Shown: piece by piece, positions 26,927 through 41,446 of the stretch
How the letters are laid out: each line of letters begins with the position of its first letter
Position numbering within the stretch: the stretch's first letter is position 1
Source of the DNA: Octopus vulgaris
Taxonomy: Eukaryota
Assembly: GCA_951406725.2 (NCBI GenBank)
Contig: OX597822.1
Location: 9,300,001-9,364,000 of the forward strand
Direction of reading: 5' to 3'
DNA: 64,000 nucleotides
The notes under the pieces: model-generated
What the model saw: only the letters and a program-made list of their open reading frames with translations
Told to the model about the DNA's origin: nothing
The model's database searches: none
Made by a program: the position numbers and the translations under genes

Positions 26927-29909
26927 ATTAAAATAATGTGGCGAGCTGGCAGAACCGTTAGCACGCCAGACAAAATGCGTACCAGCATTTCATCTGTCTT
27001 TACGAGCTGAGTTCAAATGTGACTGATGACGACTTTGCCTTTCATCCTAACGAACTTTATGAAATAAGAAACCAGTCAAGTACTAGGGGAGATATAATCG
27101 ACTAGTTTCCTCCCCAAAAATTTCAGGTCTATTAGAAAAAACGCTTCGTTGAAATACAACATTCTGAGTTCAAATCCTGCATTCAAAGTAAATTGAGTTT
27201 GCTTTAACTGCAATTCGAAACTAGATTGAATACTCGAGTAGCTGAAATTGTGGATGTGGCTTAAATGGCAGAGGGCTATATTAGAGGAAATACAGAGTTT
27301 AGCTACATCGCACTACCTTCTGTCTTTAGCATCCTGCCGGGGTTCATTTTGCTTTTTCTCCTTCCGAAATCAATAAAGGGTGTGCTCGAGCATGACTGTG
27401 TGACTAAGAAATTCGCTTCTCAATTCCGTAGTTCCAAGTTCAAACTCACTGTGCAGTACCGTGGTTTTCTATTATGGCCTCGAATTGATTAAATGTTTAT
27501 GAGTGAAGTTTTATGGGTGGAAACTGTGTGGAGGACCGTCGGATAAGCCTTTACCATTTTGATAAACTTAATTGCCGTCCGATCGAACAGCCCCGCTTTA
27601 TACTAGAGTACCACTTTCTTGTAAGGATAACTTTTTCATCGCAGTCTTGAAAGCTCTTAAAATGGTCGTGGGTATCACCCTTCTCACCTAATGTGGTCAT
27701 TAAAAAAGGTAAGTATCATTAGAGTAGCAGATGACAAATTCACAGAGTCTGATAGAGCATCAGACAAAAAGCATTAGGATTTTAGTCCCGAATCTCTACT
27801 CTCTGAGTTCAAATCTCTCCGAGTTTAACTTTGGCTTTCATCCTTTCGGAATTAATAAAAAATATCAATGAAAGGCAGTTGGATAGTGGAACTTTTAGGA
27901 TATCCGACCGAATGCCTTGCAATATTTGTTCCAGGTTTTTACGTTCAGAGTTCAAATCCTGCCATGGCATACTTCGGTTGAAGAATTAGGGAGAATATAT
28001 GTCCAGTAATAACTATTGAAATGGCTGCGTGTATATTCTTAGAAGAATTCTTACAAAGAAGAAGAATAAATTTAAGAACTATATATTTACTACATAAAGT
28101 TATTTTTTATTCATTGATTGTTGATGAAAAATAATCAAAATGTAGAATCTAGTTGAGTGAAGTAATCTATGCAAGGAAGTTCAGAAATGTAGAAATAACA
28201 GCTAAGTTGTGGTTTTTCAGTCATATGGCATAGAGAAATAAACAGGCATAGCAAATACGTGAATCGCTCAGAGTCTAGTCGACTAAGAAGCAAAGAGCAG
28301 GACAAGCAAGCACTTTTTATTAATTATTTTTTATTAATGAAACTTCCAAGAGAAACGCGAAGCTTCTTGAATAATTAAGAATTACTTCTCCTGAGGTAGA
28401 TGTTTCGAGAAACTTATTGAAAGAAGATTACTCTATAAAACTTTCCGCAAGATAAATAATTCAACTATTTTAGCTTCAGACCACAAACTACTACAAAGAC
28501 TTAACGCATCGTTCAGTTTAACACAATCGCTTGACATGCTCAGTACTTTTAAAGTTCACTCTGTTACAAGCCAAGGTTTCTGGTTTGAGGATACCTTCCT
28601 CTTTACCTCCCAGTAGTCTCCATGGCCCTCTAACGGGTAATTGGCAACGCCTTCCTTCCTGACTGAAAGATAAAAAGCAAATTCAATTTATTATACGAAT
28701 ACTGCTTTATCAGAGTGTGTAGTATTTTGACAACGTGAGAAGTTATAATTTTTAATTATCTCAACTGCTGCAGTTCATTGACAGATCTGATTAAACTAGG
28801 ATTAAATGCTTTGCAGTCTTTAGTTTTTATCACAAAAATTTCTGAGTTCAAATTCCTGCCACGATCAATAAAATAATTAACATGGTCGATAAAATAATCA
28901 TACTTGTTTAGATTCAAAGGATGATATTCCATTCTTCCTTGTTAAAAAAAATATTTATTTATTTATTATAATTGATTGATTTATCTGTTATTTTAGCAAA
29001 ATGTTAAAAGGAAAAAAATCAATTAAGTTATCAATAATATCAAATATTATTGGTCATATCGATTGCAAGACATCAAATAAATATTGAAAAATAATAATCA
29101 CTTAAATATGAATTTAGCTTCATTTTTCCTTTATTTCTTTTCTCTTTTTTTTACGCGAACGATCTGATGACTTTTATTACTGCAGTTCTGACTTTGTTTT
29201 CTAATTATTTCTTTTTTGGGGGGAAAAAATGGTTGCAAAAATGTTTTCCTATTATTGGTTTACAGAATTAAATGTATTCCATAACGATCAGAATTCAGAC
29301 AGAACTTAAAAGAAACGATGTTCAGATGCCCACTAGCAGATGAAATATTTTCCTTCTATATCTAGGTTAACTGGTGCACACATTTGATAACTGCTTCTGA
29401 CAGCCTTTCTTTTCTTTTGGTAATTTTTATCAGATAAAGATTATCACTTTAAAAGCAGATTCTAATTAGTTCATAAAATATTGCTGAACATCAACGTGCC
29501 GCTTCCTGAAAGTGGATTGGCTGAGATGGACATGCGTAATATTTTGATGTTTTGTCCTCTAGATTATCAGCATAAATATTGTTTTTATTCCTACGAAATT
29601 CAACTGCATTTAAGGAAGATATCGTGACAAAAAAGAGATGCAATTTCTCTCATAAGAGCGTGAAACCGGAAATATATCTGCAAGCACAAACTCATGAGGC
29701 AAACCTGATATCGTTACATACATGTTGGAGCCTACGTGCGATGTGAATTTGCACAAGTTGTGTTTCTGTGTCTAGTGGTGAATCTGTAAGACAGTTGTTT
29801 TCAGAATTTGTTTACTTGGATTCCTTAATGCTATCAAAAAGGATAGAAGACATTTTCTCTGAAAAGCTAACGATTCTACCAACTTATTACCTTATTTCTA
29901 GCCGTCAGA

Positions 29910-31360
29910 ATAATCCTTTCTGCTACAGTACAAAGCCAGCAATTTTGAGGGATGGACATGTTGATTACATCGACCCCAACTGGAACTTATTTTACCTATC
30001 TCTAAAGGGTGAAGACAAGGTCATCCTCGGTGGAATTGGAACTCAGAACATAAAGACGGAAGAAATACGGCTCAGTGTTTTGTCCGTTGTACTAGCAATT
30101 CTGTCAGCTCAATGGTTTATTTTTTAGTCATAAAAATAATAATAATTTTTTTTTCAAATATAAGCACTAGGCCAGCAGTTTTATGAAGTATAGACGTTAC
30201 TATCGACTCCATTATTTGACTGGTATTTTATGCCATCAACCTCGAAAGAAAAACGACGGGATTTCAACACAGAATGTAAGAGCTAGTACAAATATTATAA
30301 AGCATTTTTCCAGCACTATAATGATTCTACCAACCAACTGCCTTTACAATAATAATAATTATTATTTCTACTGAAAGCACAAGGCCTCATATTTTGGGGA
30401 AGGGATTAAGTGGATTACATTGATCCCAGTGCGTAACTGGTACTTATTTAATCGACACCGAAATAATGAAAGACAAAATGGACCTCGGCGGAATTTCAAC
30501 TCAGAGTGTAGCGGCACACAAAATACCGCTAAGCATTTCGTCCGGCGTGCTAACGATTCTGGCAGGTCCTTTCTATTGTAGGCACAAGGCCTGATATTTT
30601 AGTTGACTACATTGACCGCACTGTTTCACTGGTACTTATCTAATCGACCCCGAAAGGATGAAAGGCAAAGTCAACCTCGGCGGAATTTGAACTCAGAACG
30701 TAGCGGCAGACAAAGTACCTATTCCGTTACTGCCCATAAGGGGCTACACACAGAGGGGAAAACAAGAACAGACAAACGGATTAAGTCGATTATATCAACC
30801 CCAGTGCGTAACTGGTACTTATTTAATCGACTCCGAAAGGATGAAAGGCAAAGCCAACCTCAGCGGAATTTGAACACAAAATGTAGTGACGGGCGAAATA
30901 CCGCTAAGCATTTCGTCCAGTGTGCTAACGATTCTGCCAGCTCGCCATCTTAATAATAATATTAATGTTTTTAAAATTTGGCATAAGGCCAGTAACTTTA
31001 AGGGAAGGGGGGATTCGATTACATCGACGCCATTGCTCAACAGGTATTTATTTTGTCGAGGCCGAAAGGATGAAAGGCAGATTCGGTCTCAGCAGAATTT
31101 GAACTCAAAACGTAATGACGGACGAAATGCCGCAAAGTATTTCACTGGGCGTTCTAACGACTCTGTCACTTAGCTGTCTTTGTAGTAGTAGTGGTAGTAA
31201 TAGTAGTAGCAATAATAATAATAATAATAATAATATAATCCTTTCTACTAAAGGCACAAGGCCTGAAATTATAGGGAGAAGACAAGTTGATTTTTTCCAG
31301 GTTTGTTGACCCCGGAAAGATGAAAGGCAAAGTTGGTCACGATGGCTTTTGAAGTCGGAA
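29910..31360 (-). mobile_element. Array of SINE family A modules on the minus strand
   Basis: Repeated cgaccccgaaaggatgaaaggcaaagtc..ctcggcggaatttgaactcagaacg units separated by short (TAA)n. Confidence 0.85.
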
Positions 31361-31367
31361 CGTAGTA

Positions 31368-31415
<48 letters not shown>

Positions 31416-31689
31416 AGAAGAAGAAGAAGAAGAATTTCTAATTTGGTCATATTTTGTAGCATTTATGTAACTTTAATGATCGGCCACGTTTGACCTTTGG
31501 AAGAACAAAACGTAGTCAACTTTGGCAGGATTCGAACGCTGAGCGATTTATCTGAAAAGCGAATGGAATTTTATCATGCGTCACCCCTTTCCTGTACACC
31601 AGCGCCTTGAAAACACATTCGTTTCAATAACACTGTATATAGACATTCTGTACAACTGACATTGCATCAACACCCAATAACATAACAGA

Positions 31690-32180
31690 ACCCACACAGC
31701 ACATGTATTCCAGTGAATTAGGTAACCACATTAATTCAAATAATCTTTCAGCGTTCTTTAATGAAGTGCATCAGCGTTTAGATCTTTATAATTCAGAAAA
31801 TAAATACTTTCCAAGTGATCAAAGTCTCATATTACAAATTGAAATTCGGATTAGAGATCCATTCAATACGCATGGAATATCAACGAATTTTAAAAGCAGT
31901 GGAATATGAAAAATTTATTGAGATCACTTCAGACTCCACTTTGTACAAATAGCATTTAAAAGACTGCCACTTATTGAATTTTGTTATGCTATAAAAGACG
32001 AATATCCTCAGCTATCAGGAAAAGCTATTAAAGTACTTTGCATTTTAACTTGGAATTTCATGTGAAGAGACAGAATATTCTGCATACACAAAAATAAAAA
32101 TTGTCGTAAAAGGATGAATTCTGAAGCAGATACGAGGATCCAACAGTCTTCCATGAAACTCAAGTTCAAAGGGATTTAAT
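31690..32180 (+). mobile_element. hAT (Buster/Charlie-like) transposase C-terminal relic
   Basis: YFPSD...IRDPFN, EITSDSTL, LPLIEFCYAIKDEYPQLSGKAIK and RKRMNSEADTRIQ resemble the hAT dimerisation domain. Confidence 0.7.
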
Positions 32181-32579
32181 ACAAAAATAAAACGTGTTCC
32201 ACTTCTGCCTCTAACTTATTTCATTTGCAAAATAAATGCGGTTTCTCAAAATTATTTATTTTCACTATAACCATCCAATCAACATGATTTTTCTTTGGGC
32301 TCTGATCATATTTTTGCTAGCATTAAAGAAAACATGGGTAGCATTTAGAGAGTAAATAGATAATAATCTTTATATATGTGGATGTACACATTTTGAAAAA
32401 TAGTCTCTCAAAAGCTCTGACGTTATTTTTACTTTAATGATCTGAGTAACACAAATTTTTTTCAGGGATATATATATATATATAATTTTAAAATAGGATA
32501 AAATCTTTTATCAGAATTTATCAAGTAGTTAGCGTGAAAAACCTCATAAGAGAAGAAAACCCATCAAATTTTCTCTTAA

Positions 32580-32863
32580 ATATATATTATTTATATTATA
32601 TAGAGGGCATTACTATACATAAATGCCACACGCTAGAAGGGACTCTTAACGTCAAAACTACCAAAATAAACACATCGTACCGAATGCGAGGGAATGCAAC
32701 TTTCGAAGCGAGCCTTCTGTTTTTAGAAGGCTCGCTTCGAAAGTTGCATTCCCTCGCATTCGGTACGATGTGTTTATTTTGGTAGTTTTGACGTTAAGAG
32801 TCCCTTCTAGCGTGTGGCATTTATGTATAGTAATGCCCTCTATATAATATAAATAATATATAT
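32580..32863. repeat. Perfect palindrome, 139-bp arms, 6-nt spacer
   Basis: 32580-32718 is the reverse complement of 32725-32863; the ORF track shows the same peptide on both strands. Confidence 0.97.
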
Positions 32864-32864
32864 A

Positions 32865-33020
32865 TTGGCTGTGTGGTAAGTAGCTTGCTAACCAACCACA
32901 TGGTTCCGAGTTCAATCCCACTGCGTGGCATCTTGGGCAAGTGTCTTCTGCTATAGCCCCGGGCCGACCAATGCCTTGTGAGTGGATTTGGTAGACGGAA
33001 ACTGAAAGAAGCCTGTCGTA

Positions 33021-33062
<42 letters not shown>

Positions 33063-33660
33063 AAATAATTAAAGGGCGGGCAGCAGGCTGCCTCGCCGCA
33101 TACCGGAGGAATTAGAAATGGCAGTCAAAGACTGTTTTTTCCATTTTCTATAAGTGGATTTTCCAAATACGACGAACCCTGCGATTCACATACGCAAAAA
33201 ACGGAGTAGCAAATAAACGAAACCAATCTCTTACCGTTAATGATGAACATGTTTCTAGATCACAAGCACGAAAATAGCTTGATTTCCTTTATCAACACCA
33301 TATTCGATAGATTTAGCAAATGCCACAGGCCCTCACTTCTGACCAAGCGACATCAGATAGTGGGGGGAGGTGTGCATATGTTAAAACTAAGTAATGACTG
33401 AGAACGTAAATTTTCCCTCCAATATACATATATATATATATATATGTGTGTGTGTGGCTGTGTTTGTACCTCTAACATTGCTTGACAACCGATGCTGGTG
33501 TGCTTACGTCCCCGTCACTTAGCGGTTCGGCAAAAAGAGACCGATAGAATAAGTACTGGGCTTACAAAGAATAAGTCCCGGGGTCGATTTGCTCGACTAA
33601 AGGCGATGCTCCAGCATGGCCGCAGTCAAATGACTGAAACAAGTAAAAGAGTAAAAGAGT
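32865..33660 (+). mobile_element. Full-length SINE family B with about 360-bp insertion in its internal (TA)n
   Basis: tRNA-like head tggctgtgtggtaag...gagttcaatccc, CORE-like cttgggcaagtgtctt, 3' half at 33450-33660; insert at about 33059-33420. Confidence 0.88.
33240..33301 (-). ncRNA. Hammerhead-like fold with U3-A8 core
   Basis: Stem I AUGGUG/CAUCAU; core UUGAUAA; stem II includes CAAGC/GCUUG with an imperfect base; GAAAC-AU-GUU. Confidence 0.55.
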
Positions 33661-33671
33661 TAATATATGTA

Positions 33672-33736
<65 letters not shown>

Positions 33737-34829
33737 CATTGAGGAATACACGGAATAAAGTCTCTAATGACTGTTTAACACATTCAGAACTTGACACAAA
33801 CGCACCATATAATTCATACAAACGTGCACAGCTCATGTATGTAGACGTGGCTGTATGGTTAAGAAGCTTGCTTTGCACTCTCATGATTTCAGGTTCAGAT
33901 CAACTTTGCAGTACCTTTGGCAAGTTTCATGAATTACAAACCCAGACTGACCAAAATATTGTGAATTAAATTGGTAGATGGAAACTGTGATGAATCGTGT
34001 TGTGTGTACGATTTTTGGAGGGGGCGGGATTACTCTCTGCGTTATGCAAATGCGTTTAATTGTTTTATGCCTCCTTAGTACAGGGAGTCGATTTCAACGA
34101 ATGACTGCAGTCTAATGTCCCAAATAAGTAAAAGAAAAAAAAAAGAGAGTAAATTACTGGAAATTTAACTCAATGATCAGGTGGATCATTAAAAATACAA
34201 ACCCAGTAACAAAACAAAGAAAGTGATAAAGGTTATAAGCATAAAAATTACGCTTCTAAGGAACCAAGAGGCACACACATCAAGCGCCTGAAGTTTGCTG
34301 GAACTGTTGAAAACATGATAACGATGATGATGGTGGTAGTGAAGATGATAATGATGAGAACGACTATTACTACGACCACCACCACTATGACTGCTGCTAA
34401 TACTACTACTACTACTACCATGGTGACGAGCTGAGAGAATCGGTAGCATACTGGACAAAATGCTTAGCGGCATTTTTTGTGCGTCTTTACGTTCTGAGTT
34501 CAAATTCCACCGAGGTCGACTTTGCCTTTTATCTTTTCGGGGTCGATAAATTAAGTACCAGTTACGCACTGGGATCGATATAATCGACTTAATCCCTTCC
34601 CCAAAATTTGAAGCCTTCTGCTTCTAGTACAAAGGATTATTATTATTATTATTATTGTTATTATTATTATTATTATTATTGTTGTTGTTGTTGTTGTTGT
34701 TATTGGCGACGAGCTCGCAGAATCGTTAGCACACCGGGCAAAGTGCTTTGCGGCAGTTCATCTGTTTTTACGCTCTCAGTTCAAATCTTTCATCCTTTCG
34801 GGGTCGATAAATTAAGTACCTGCCCTTGG

Positions 34830-35590
34830 GTGGAATCCTTGATTCCTTCCTAATTCTTCGGTCCTGCTTTGCTAATTCAGTTTTTGTCCAATCTACAAAA
34901 GCTGCTAAGTATCTAAGTAATGATACTGCCCAAGTATTTACAGCCTTCACTAGATTCGGACCATTTAGCTTCCTTGCCCTTCTGAAGTACTCTTCTTCAA
35001 TTTTCGTTTTCATTTGTGTAGTTAGTACTGTATCAGATTCTAATAATCCGAGATACTTATAACTCTCCCCTCTTTTCAATGATTTTAATGTCTGGCCATC
35101 AGATAATTGGATGCCTTCGCTGTTGACTACCTGTCCCCTTCTCATGATAAATATTGCACACTTATCTATGCCAAATTCCATACCTGAATTTTTGCCGAAG
35201 AGTCTTACAGTCTGCATTAACCTTTCCGTCTACGAATGGGTCCAATGGACCCATTTCAGTTTTTTCAGTCGTTTTTTCCTACTGTTTATATTATTTGATT
35301 CAACTGATTTCTCGCGACACGTATTTTTCTTGACTCTCTTTTATTTTTGAAATGGGAAATTTTCCGTTTGTTTATAAAATTTAAAGTTTCTAGCTCTATT
35401 ACCTTTGCTTTTATCTTTCATAATGTGTATTGTCCTCCTTCTGGTCATCCAGTCTGGTATCATTCCTCCATTAAGGCAATCCTGAATTTATTCCCTCAGC
35501 CTCCCTTGAAAATTACTGAATTTCCTTAGCCAGCACCCTTCAACTAAATCTGGTCCTAGGCCCTTCCAATTCGACATTTTTCCAAACATT
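34830..35590 (-). mobile_element. R4/Dong-like LINE RT fragments with internal deletion
   Basis: MSNWKGLGPDLVEGCWLRKF...IPDWMT and GMEFGIDKCA...YKYLGLLE...NLVKAVNTWAVSLLRY. Confidence 0.85.
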
Positions 35591-35594
35591 ATTA

Positions 35595-35827
35595 TTATTT
35601 CTTTACTACCCACAAGGGGCTAAACATAGAGGGGACAAACAAGGACAGACAAGCAGATTAAGTCGATTATATCTACCCCAGTGCGTAACTGGTACTTATT
35701 TAATCGACCCCGAAAGGATGAAAGGCAAAGTCGACCTCGGTGGAATTTGAACTCAGAACGTAACGGCAGACGAAATACGGCTACGCATTTCGCCCGGCGT
35801 GCTAACGATTCTGCCAGCTCGCCGCCT
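35595..35827 (-). mobile_element. SINE family A, well-preserved copy
   Basis: Complete head, core and tail in reverse orientation, between short (TTA)n runs. Confidence 0.9.
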
Positions 35828-38595
35828 AACATTATTATTGAGTGAGAGAGCCGCGCGTGCCATCAAAGTGACACTGGGGTAAAATATACGAAGCCCAATA
35901 TACCCATCATCGCTACCCGTCTGATAAGGGTACGCCAGACACATGCATTACAACCATATGTGCACGACATGGTGATCTTATATCAAGATAAACAGCGAAT
36001 GACCCAGTTAGAATTTTCTTTAGGTTGAGTGGGCCCATCCTGCTCAAAAGCTCCCTGAATAAGGGTTGTTTAAGGAAAATGAACAAAGCATCCAAAAAAA
36101 TTCCTCGCAGCACGTGGCTATGATACACTCACACTACTTCTCCTCGTGATCAGAGACACACGTGTCGCCAGCCACTAAATAGTTTCACACTTTCAATTTT
36201 AACCAAAATTATAAAGTGTTGCATTATGGGAGTAACGATGTGTAAATAATGAAAGTAATGATTCTCCGAATTAGTCACTCATTAAAAGACGTCCATTTCT
36301 CTGTATGTTATGAGAAAATACAGTCAGTCACTCCACTCTCTCTCTCTCACTTTCTCACACACACATATTCACACGCGCACGCGTCTATTTCTTATACACG
36401 TATATACATCTTTCACTTTCGCCTCTCTTTCCCATTCTGCACTCACTTCAAAGCAAATTCATCTTTCACTTTATACTCTTTTTCAATTTCTTCTCTCATC
36501 AAATCATTAAAAAGATTAAAATATTTTACGGAAATTAACGAGCAATCATATGATCCTATATACTCAACCTTATGATGGAGTTGACAACTTTGCGGCTTCA
36601 AACGAGAGAATGCCATAAAATAAATTCCTTCGGCACACACACACACACACACATACACACACACACACACACACACTCACACACACTCACACACACACAC
36701 ACTCTAGGTAAAATTTATGTACGAATTCTGTTAGTTCTTGCTGTGTACACACGCAAAATTACGGCTCAAATTCAATTGAAATGACCTTTTTCTGTTCTGT
36801 AATTCGTGTTCTTGATGAGCGTATTTAAAAACTTGATCTTCGATATAAACTTTAAAGGAAGTTTTCCCAAAATCCTGTCCTTTACCTGTTATTTCTAGCA
36901 TGTCTGAGGTAACATTTACGCCCCCCACCCCACCTTATTTTTTCCTAAATTTCTTCCGATTCCTGTGTTTTCGATAATGATTAAGATTTTGCAAAAAAAC
37001 GCGTTCTCAATATTTCAATTTTCTCCCTCTCCACCCCAATTTCTTGTTTTTACTTTTTTACTTTTTTCCAATTTTCTTCTTCCTAATCCACGGAAAAAAA
37101 AAACAGTACGAATCTTAAAGAATTTTCTTCATCCTTTCTTCTTAAAGAAACACTAAAATCTCCTTCCCAAATATCCACCCATCACCTCACCACTTTCAAA
37201 AAGCTACAAAGTATCAATACTTCAATCAAATACATAAAGATTCAAATATTAAAAGATACAGTTAGATGCTTGCAGGAAATATATAGCAAAAACAATAACT
37301 ACAATACAAAATTGCTATTAGGTTAAAAGGAAGGGTGCGGAAATATTACAGGAGCTAGGCATTGTCCGTTATAACTGATAAGGAACTCACCAACACAAGA
37401 AGCAAGAAAGTACTCGGTGTTGACGAGTCACCAGTTTCTGGTAGGTACACATGAACACTAGCGATGGATTTATGGTCGCAACATTGAATGCAATAACAAA
37501 GCAGGGTAATGGTTCCACGTAAAAATCACTGGTGATAGTGTCACGTAATAAGCACTAGTGATGGTGCCCCATAAATATCACTGATGATGGTTCCCAAGTC
37601 CACCAAAACTGTAGGCCACTGTCCTACGGCTGATATTAGAATAATACTGCCCAGTACAGAAGGGACACTGCATTGAATATCACAGTTTAAAATGAAAGAA
37701 AGCTGTGGTTTTGGAGAGATTTGACAGTTGTTTCTAGCAGATCAGCTGATAATTTTGTCGTTGGTTCATACATTGTTAGCCTTGCTATTGTTATTGTTGC
37801 TACTTGGGCGACGAGCTACCAAAATTATTAGCACGCCGGACAAAATGTTTAGCGGCATTTCGTCCGTTTTTACGTTCTGAGTCCAAATTCCACAGAAGTT
37901 GACTTTGCCTTTCATCCTCTTGGGGATGAACTAAGTACCAGTGGTGCGCTGGGGTCGATGTAATTGAATAGCCCCCTCCCCTCAAAATTTCAGGGATTGT
38001 ACCTATAGTAGAAGACATTGTTATGATTGCTGCTATTAAGGCGGCAAATTAGCAGAATCGTTAGCACTCCGGACAAAATGCTTAGCGGCATTTCGTCCGC
38101 CTTTACGCCCAGAGTTCAAATCCCACCGATGTCGACTTTGCATCTCATTCTCCTGGATTCGATAAAAAATAATTACCAGTTGAGCACTAGAGTTGGTTAC
38201 ACCGACTTCCCCGCCTCAAAATTGCTGGCCTTGTGCCAAAATAAGAAAGGATTATTATTGTTGCTATGGCTGCTTCAGAAGTTATTGCGGTTATTAGTAT
38301 TTTTCGTGGAATTCTTGCCAAATTGGAATGTTAGAATTAAATGTTTGTCATTTTATTGTTCTTTTATAATTTCTTCCCTCTTGTATTTAATATCATTGCT
38401 TCAGTAATTTTCAAGTCATTGCGTACGATCACAATTTATTGTACTGAAATACTGCAGTACAAAGATTAAATCATGTTTTTTTTTGGGGGGGGGACATACA
38501 CACCAATACATGTGGATGTACGTTTCAAGTAAACATACGAAAAATCAGACGCCCACAGACACACATACTCACACATTCATACACACACACGCGCG

Positions 38596-38632
<37 letters not shown>

Positions 38633-38713
38633 GTACATCTGAATACGTGCTCAGACAAACCTCCACACAGACGAGCACATAATTATATAGCCTCTCTTAC
38701 TCACTTGCTTTCG

Positions 38714-38747
<34 letters not shown>

Positions 38748-38860
38748 AACACACATACACACACAATAAAGCGCATCTACACAAAAATATATCTGTGCAT
38801 AATTACATACATATATATATAAAGAGAGACACACACACACACACACATATATATATACAA

Positions 38861-38893
<33 letters not shown>

Positions 38894-39056
38894 AATGCAC
38901 ACACACACACATATATATATATATATGCAAACACACACACACATATATATATATATACAAACATATGCGTGCCTGTGTGTAAGCATATATACAAACACAC
39001 ATACACAGACGTGTGTGTGTATCTGTGTCTGTGCCTCTGTGTGTGTGTGTGTGTGT

Positions 39057-39092
<36 letters not shown>

Positions 39093-40631
39093 GCATGTTG
39101 GGCTCTTTTACAAGAACCCGACAGGCACACACATCCTATAAACAAGATGGCTTCTAACCAATGATAATAACCATTATAAATATTTACATCGTGAATAGCA
39201 AAAAAGCCTTGCATATTGCTCACATAGTAAATTTGTAGAATATTAGTCTGGAGTTGTATCTTTGTCTGAAACCTCCAAATTTTTCAAAACCATTATTTAA
39301 GTACTTTGTAACACCTGTAGCAATATCAATGATTATTTTCACACGTGTAAATTTATGAACTGATTAGAAAAGTTGTAGATTTTTGAAGCAGTCGACTATC
39401 AATGTTTCTCCCATTAATTTTTAATGAGACGTTTATACGTGTAGAATAGCTGACCGTCGCAAAAATACACAGATATTGTTTTCTGTCTTCAAAATTATAC
39501 GCAGACTGTTGAATTTTTTTCTTTAGCGTAAATTTAAAAGGGTTATTCCATCAATATTAGCTAAACGTGTAAGGTGGCGAGCTGGCATGATCGTTAGCAT
39601 TCAGCGCAAATGCTTAGCGGCATTTCGTCCGTCTTTTCGCTCTGAGTTAAAATTCCGCTGAGGACGACTTTGTCTTTTGTCCTGTGGAGTCGATAAGACA
39701 ATTACCAGTTGAGCACTGCAGTCGATGTAATCGACTTACCACAACCCCGAACGTGCTGGCCTTGTGCAAAAATTTAAAACTAACATTACTTATGCGCATG
39801 CCCTAATGGTTAGTATGCTACGATCGTTAGGTCATGGGTTGGATTCCCGAACCGGCCAGCGAGATTGGTTCTTGAACAAAACACTTCACTTTACGTTGCT
39901 CTGCGGGTGGGAGAGCTGCAGATTTGTTCGAGTGTCGGCAGAAATGCTTTACCGTATATCTTTCGGCTCTCTACGTTCTGAGTTCAAATCTCATCTGGAT
40001 GGAGAAGGCTACGGGAAACTACCCCAGTATTCACACCAAGTCGAGTCATGGAAACCAAAGTTCCAGTAATCTACTTAACTGAGACAGGAGAGGGTACTGG
40101 CCCCCTCAGGTCGTACAGAGAGTGCAGGAGAAGGCTCACTTGCACAGGACCAGCCCAAGTGTAGACCACTGTAAGACTAGGTTACTTAGGTTTGCACGCA
40201 TGAATATATTCAACATCAAAAATACTTTCTTTTTATTTGACAAAAACAGTTCTTCCAACGAGTGATATTATACTTTATATTTTATCTTTTACTTGTTTTA
40301 TTTATGGGACTACGGCTATGCTGGAGCAGTGCCTCGAAGGGTTTATGTTTTTAGTCTGGTACTTATTGAATCGTTCTCAAAAGAAAACAACACCGGTTTC
40401 AAGTGGTGGTGGGGACAAATATAAAAACACATAAACACATGCATATATACATACATACACTTACATATCCCAACAATGGAATCTTAGATAAATACAGAGG
40501 AAGAATTCAAATAATTAAACAGAAGAATTGAACATATAATATAATGTATTTGTGAGTGAATTTCGTACACGTAAACTAAAAGAAGACGGTCATATGTATG
40601 TATGTATGTGTATATATATTAATATATATAC

Positions 40632-40664
<33 letters not shown>

Positions 40665-41372
40665 TGTATGTATGTATGTATGTATGTGTATGTATGTATG
40701 CGTGTGTATCTTTGTGGCTGTGTTTGTCCCCCACCACTCTTTGACAACCGGTGATGGTGTGTTTATGTCTCCATAAATTAGCGGTTCGGCCAAGAGACTA
40801 ATGAAATTAAGTACTAAGCTTAAAGAAATACGTTCTGGGGTTGATTTGTTCGACTGAAACCCTTCAAGGCAGTTCCCCAGCATAGCCGCAGTCAAATGAC
40901 TGAAACAAGTAAAAGATAATAGCTATATATATATATATACACACACACACACATCAGAGGGATGACCACTAAGTGGACATCGATTATGCTAGAAGTAGAC
41001 CCCCTATGGTCTTACCACTAAGAAAAGATTGTTCTCAAGAAAATTCAGCAAACGCCAGAACGTAAGCGAGCAAGACAAATGAAAAGATACAAAATATAGA
41101 TTAATCACAAACCCGATTTCATTGTTACCACTTACGTAATTACGTAAATGACCGCAGTTCATCAATGTGATCGTCATAGCAAAATATAATATGCAGAACT
41201 ATACACAACACGTCCGCATGAGATTGAACATGTATATAGTTCTACCACTTACATTTGGGATTATATTTCAAAAGTCTTCGTTTTGGTGCGCCAAAATACC
41301 GGAAAGAATTCTGCAGAAAATAATTCTCTGCAGTCAATTTTGCCGGTTAGAGCGGTTAGAGAACATGGTTAT

Positions 41373-41443
<71 letters not shown>

Positions 41444-41446
<3 letters not shown>

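Noticed and set aside
32865-32930. tRNA-like A/B boxes
   Set aside because: These are SINE heads; there is no cloverleaf, and they continue into the SINE body.
37505-37595. Degenerate tandem units of about 25 bp
   Set aside because: Short decayed minisatellite, probably internal to a repeat; no further structure.
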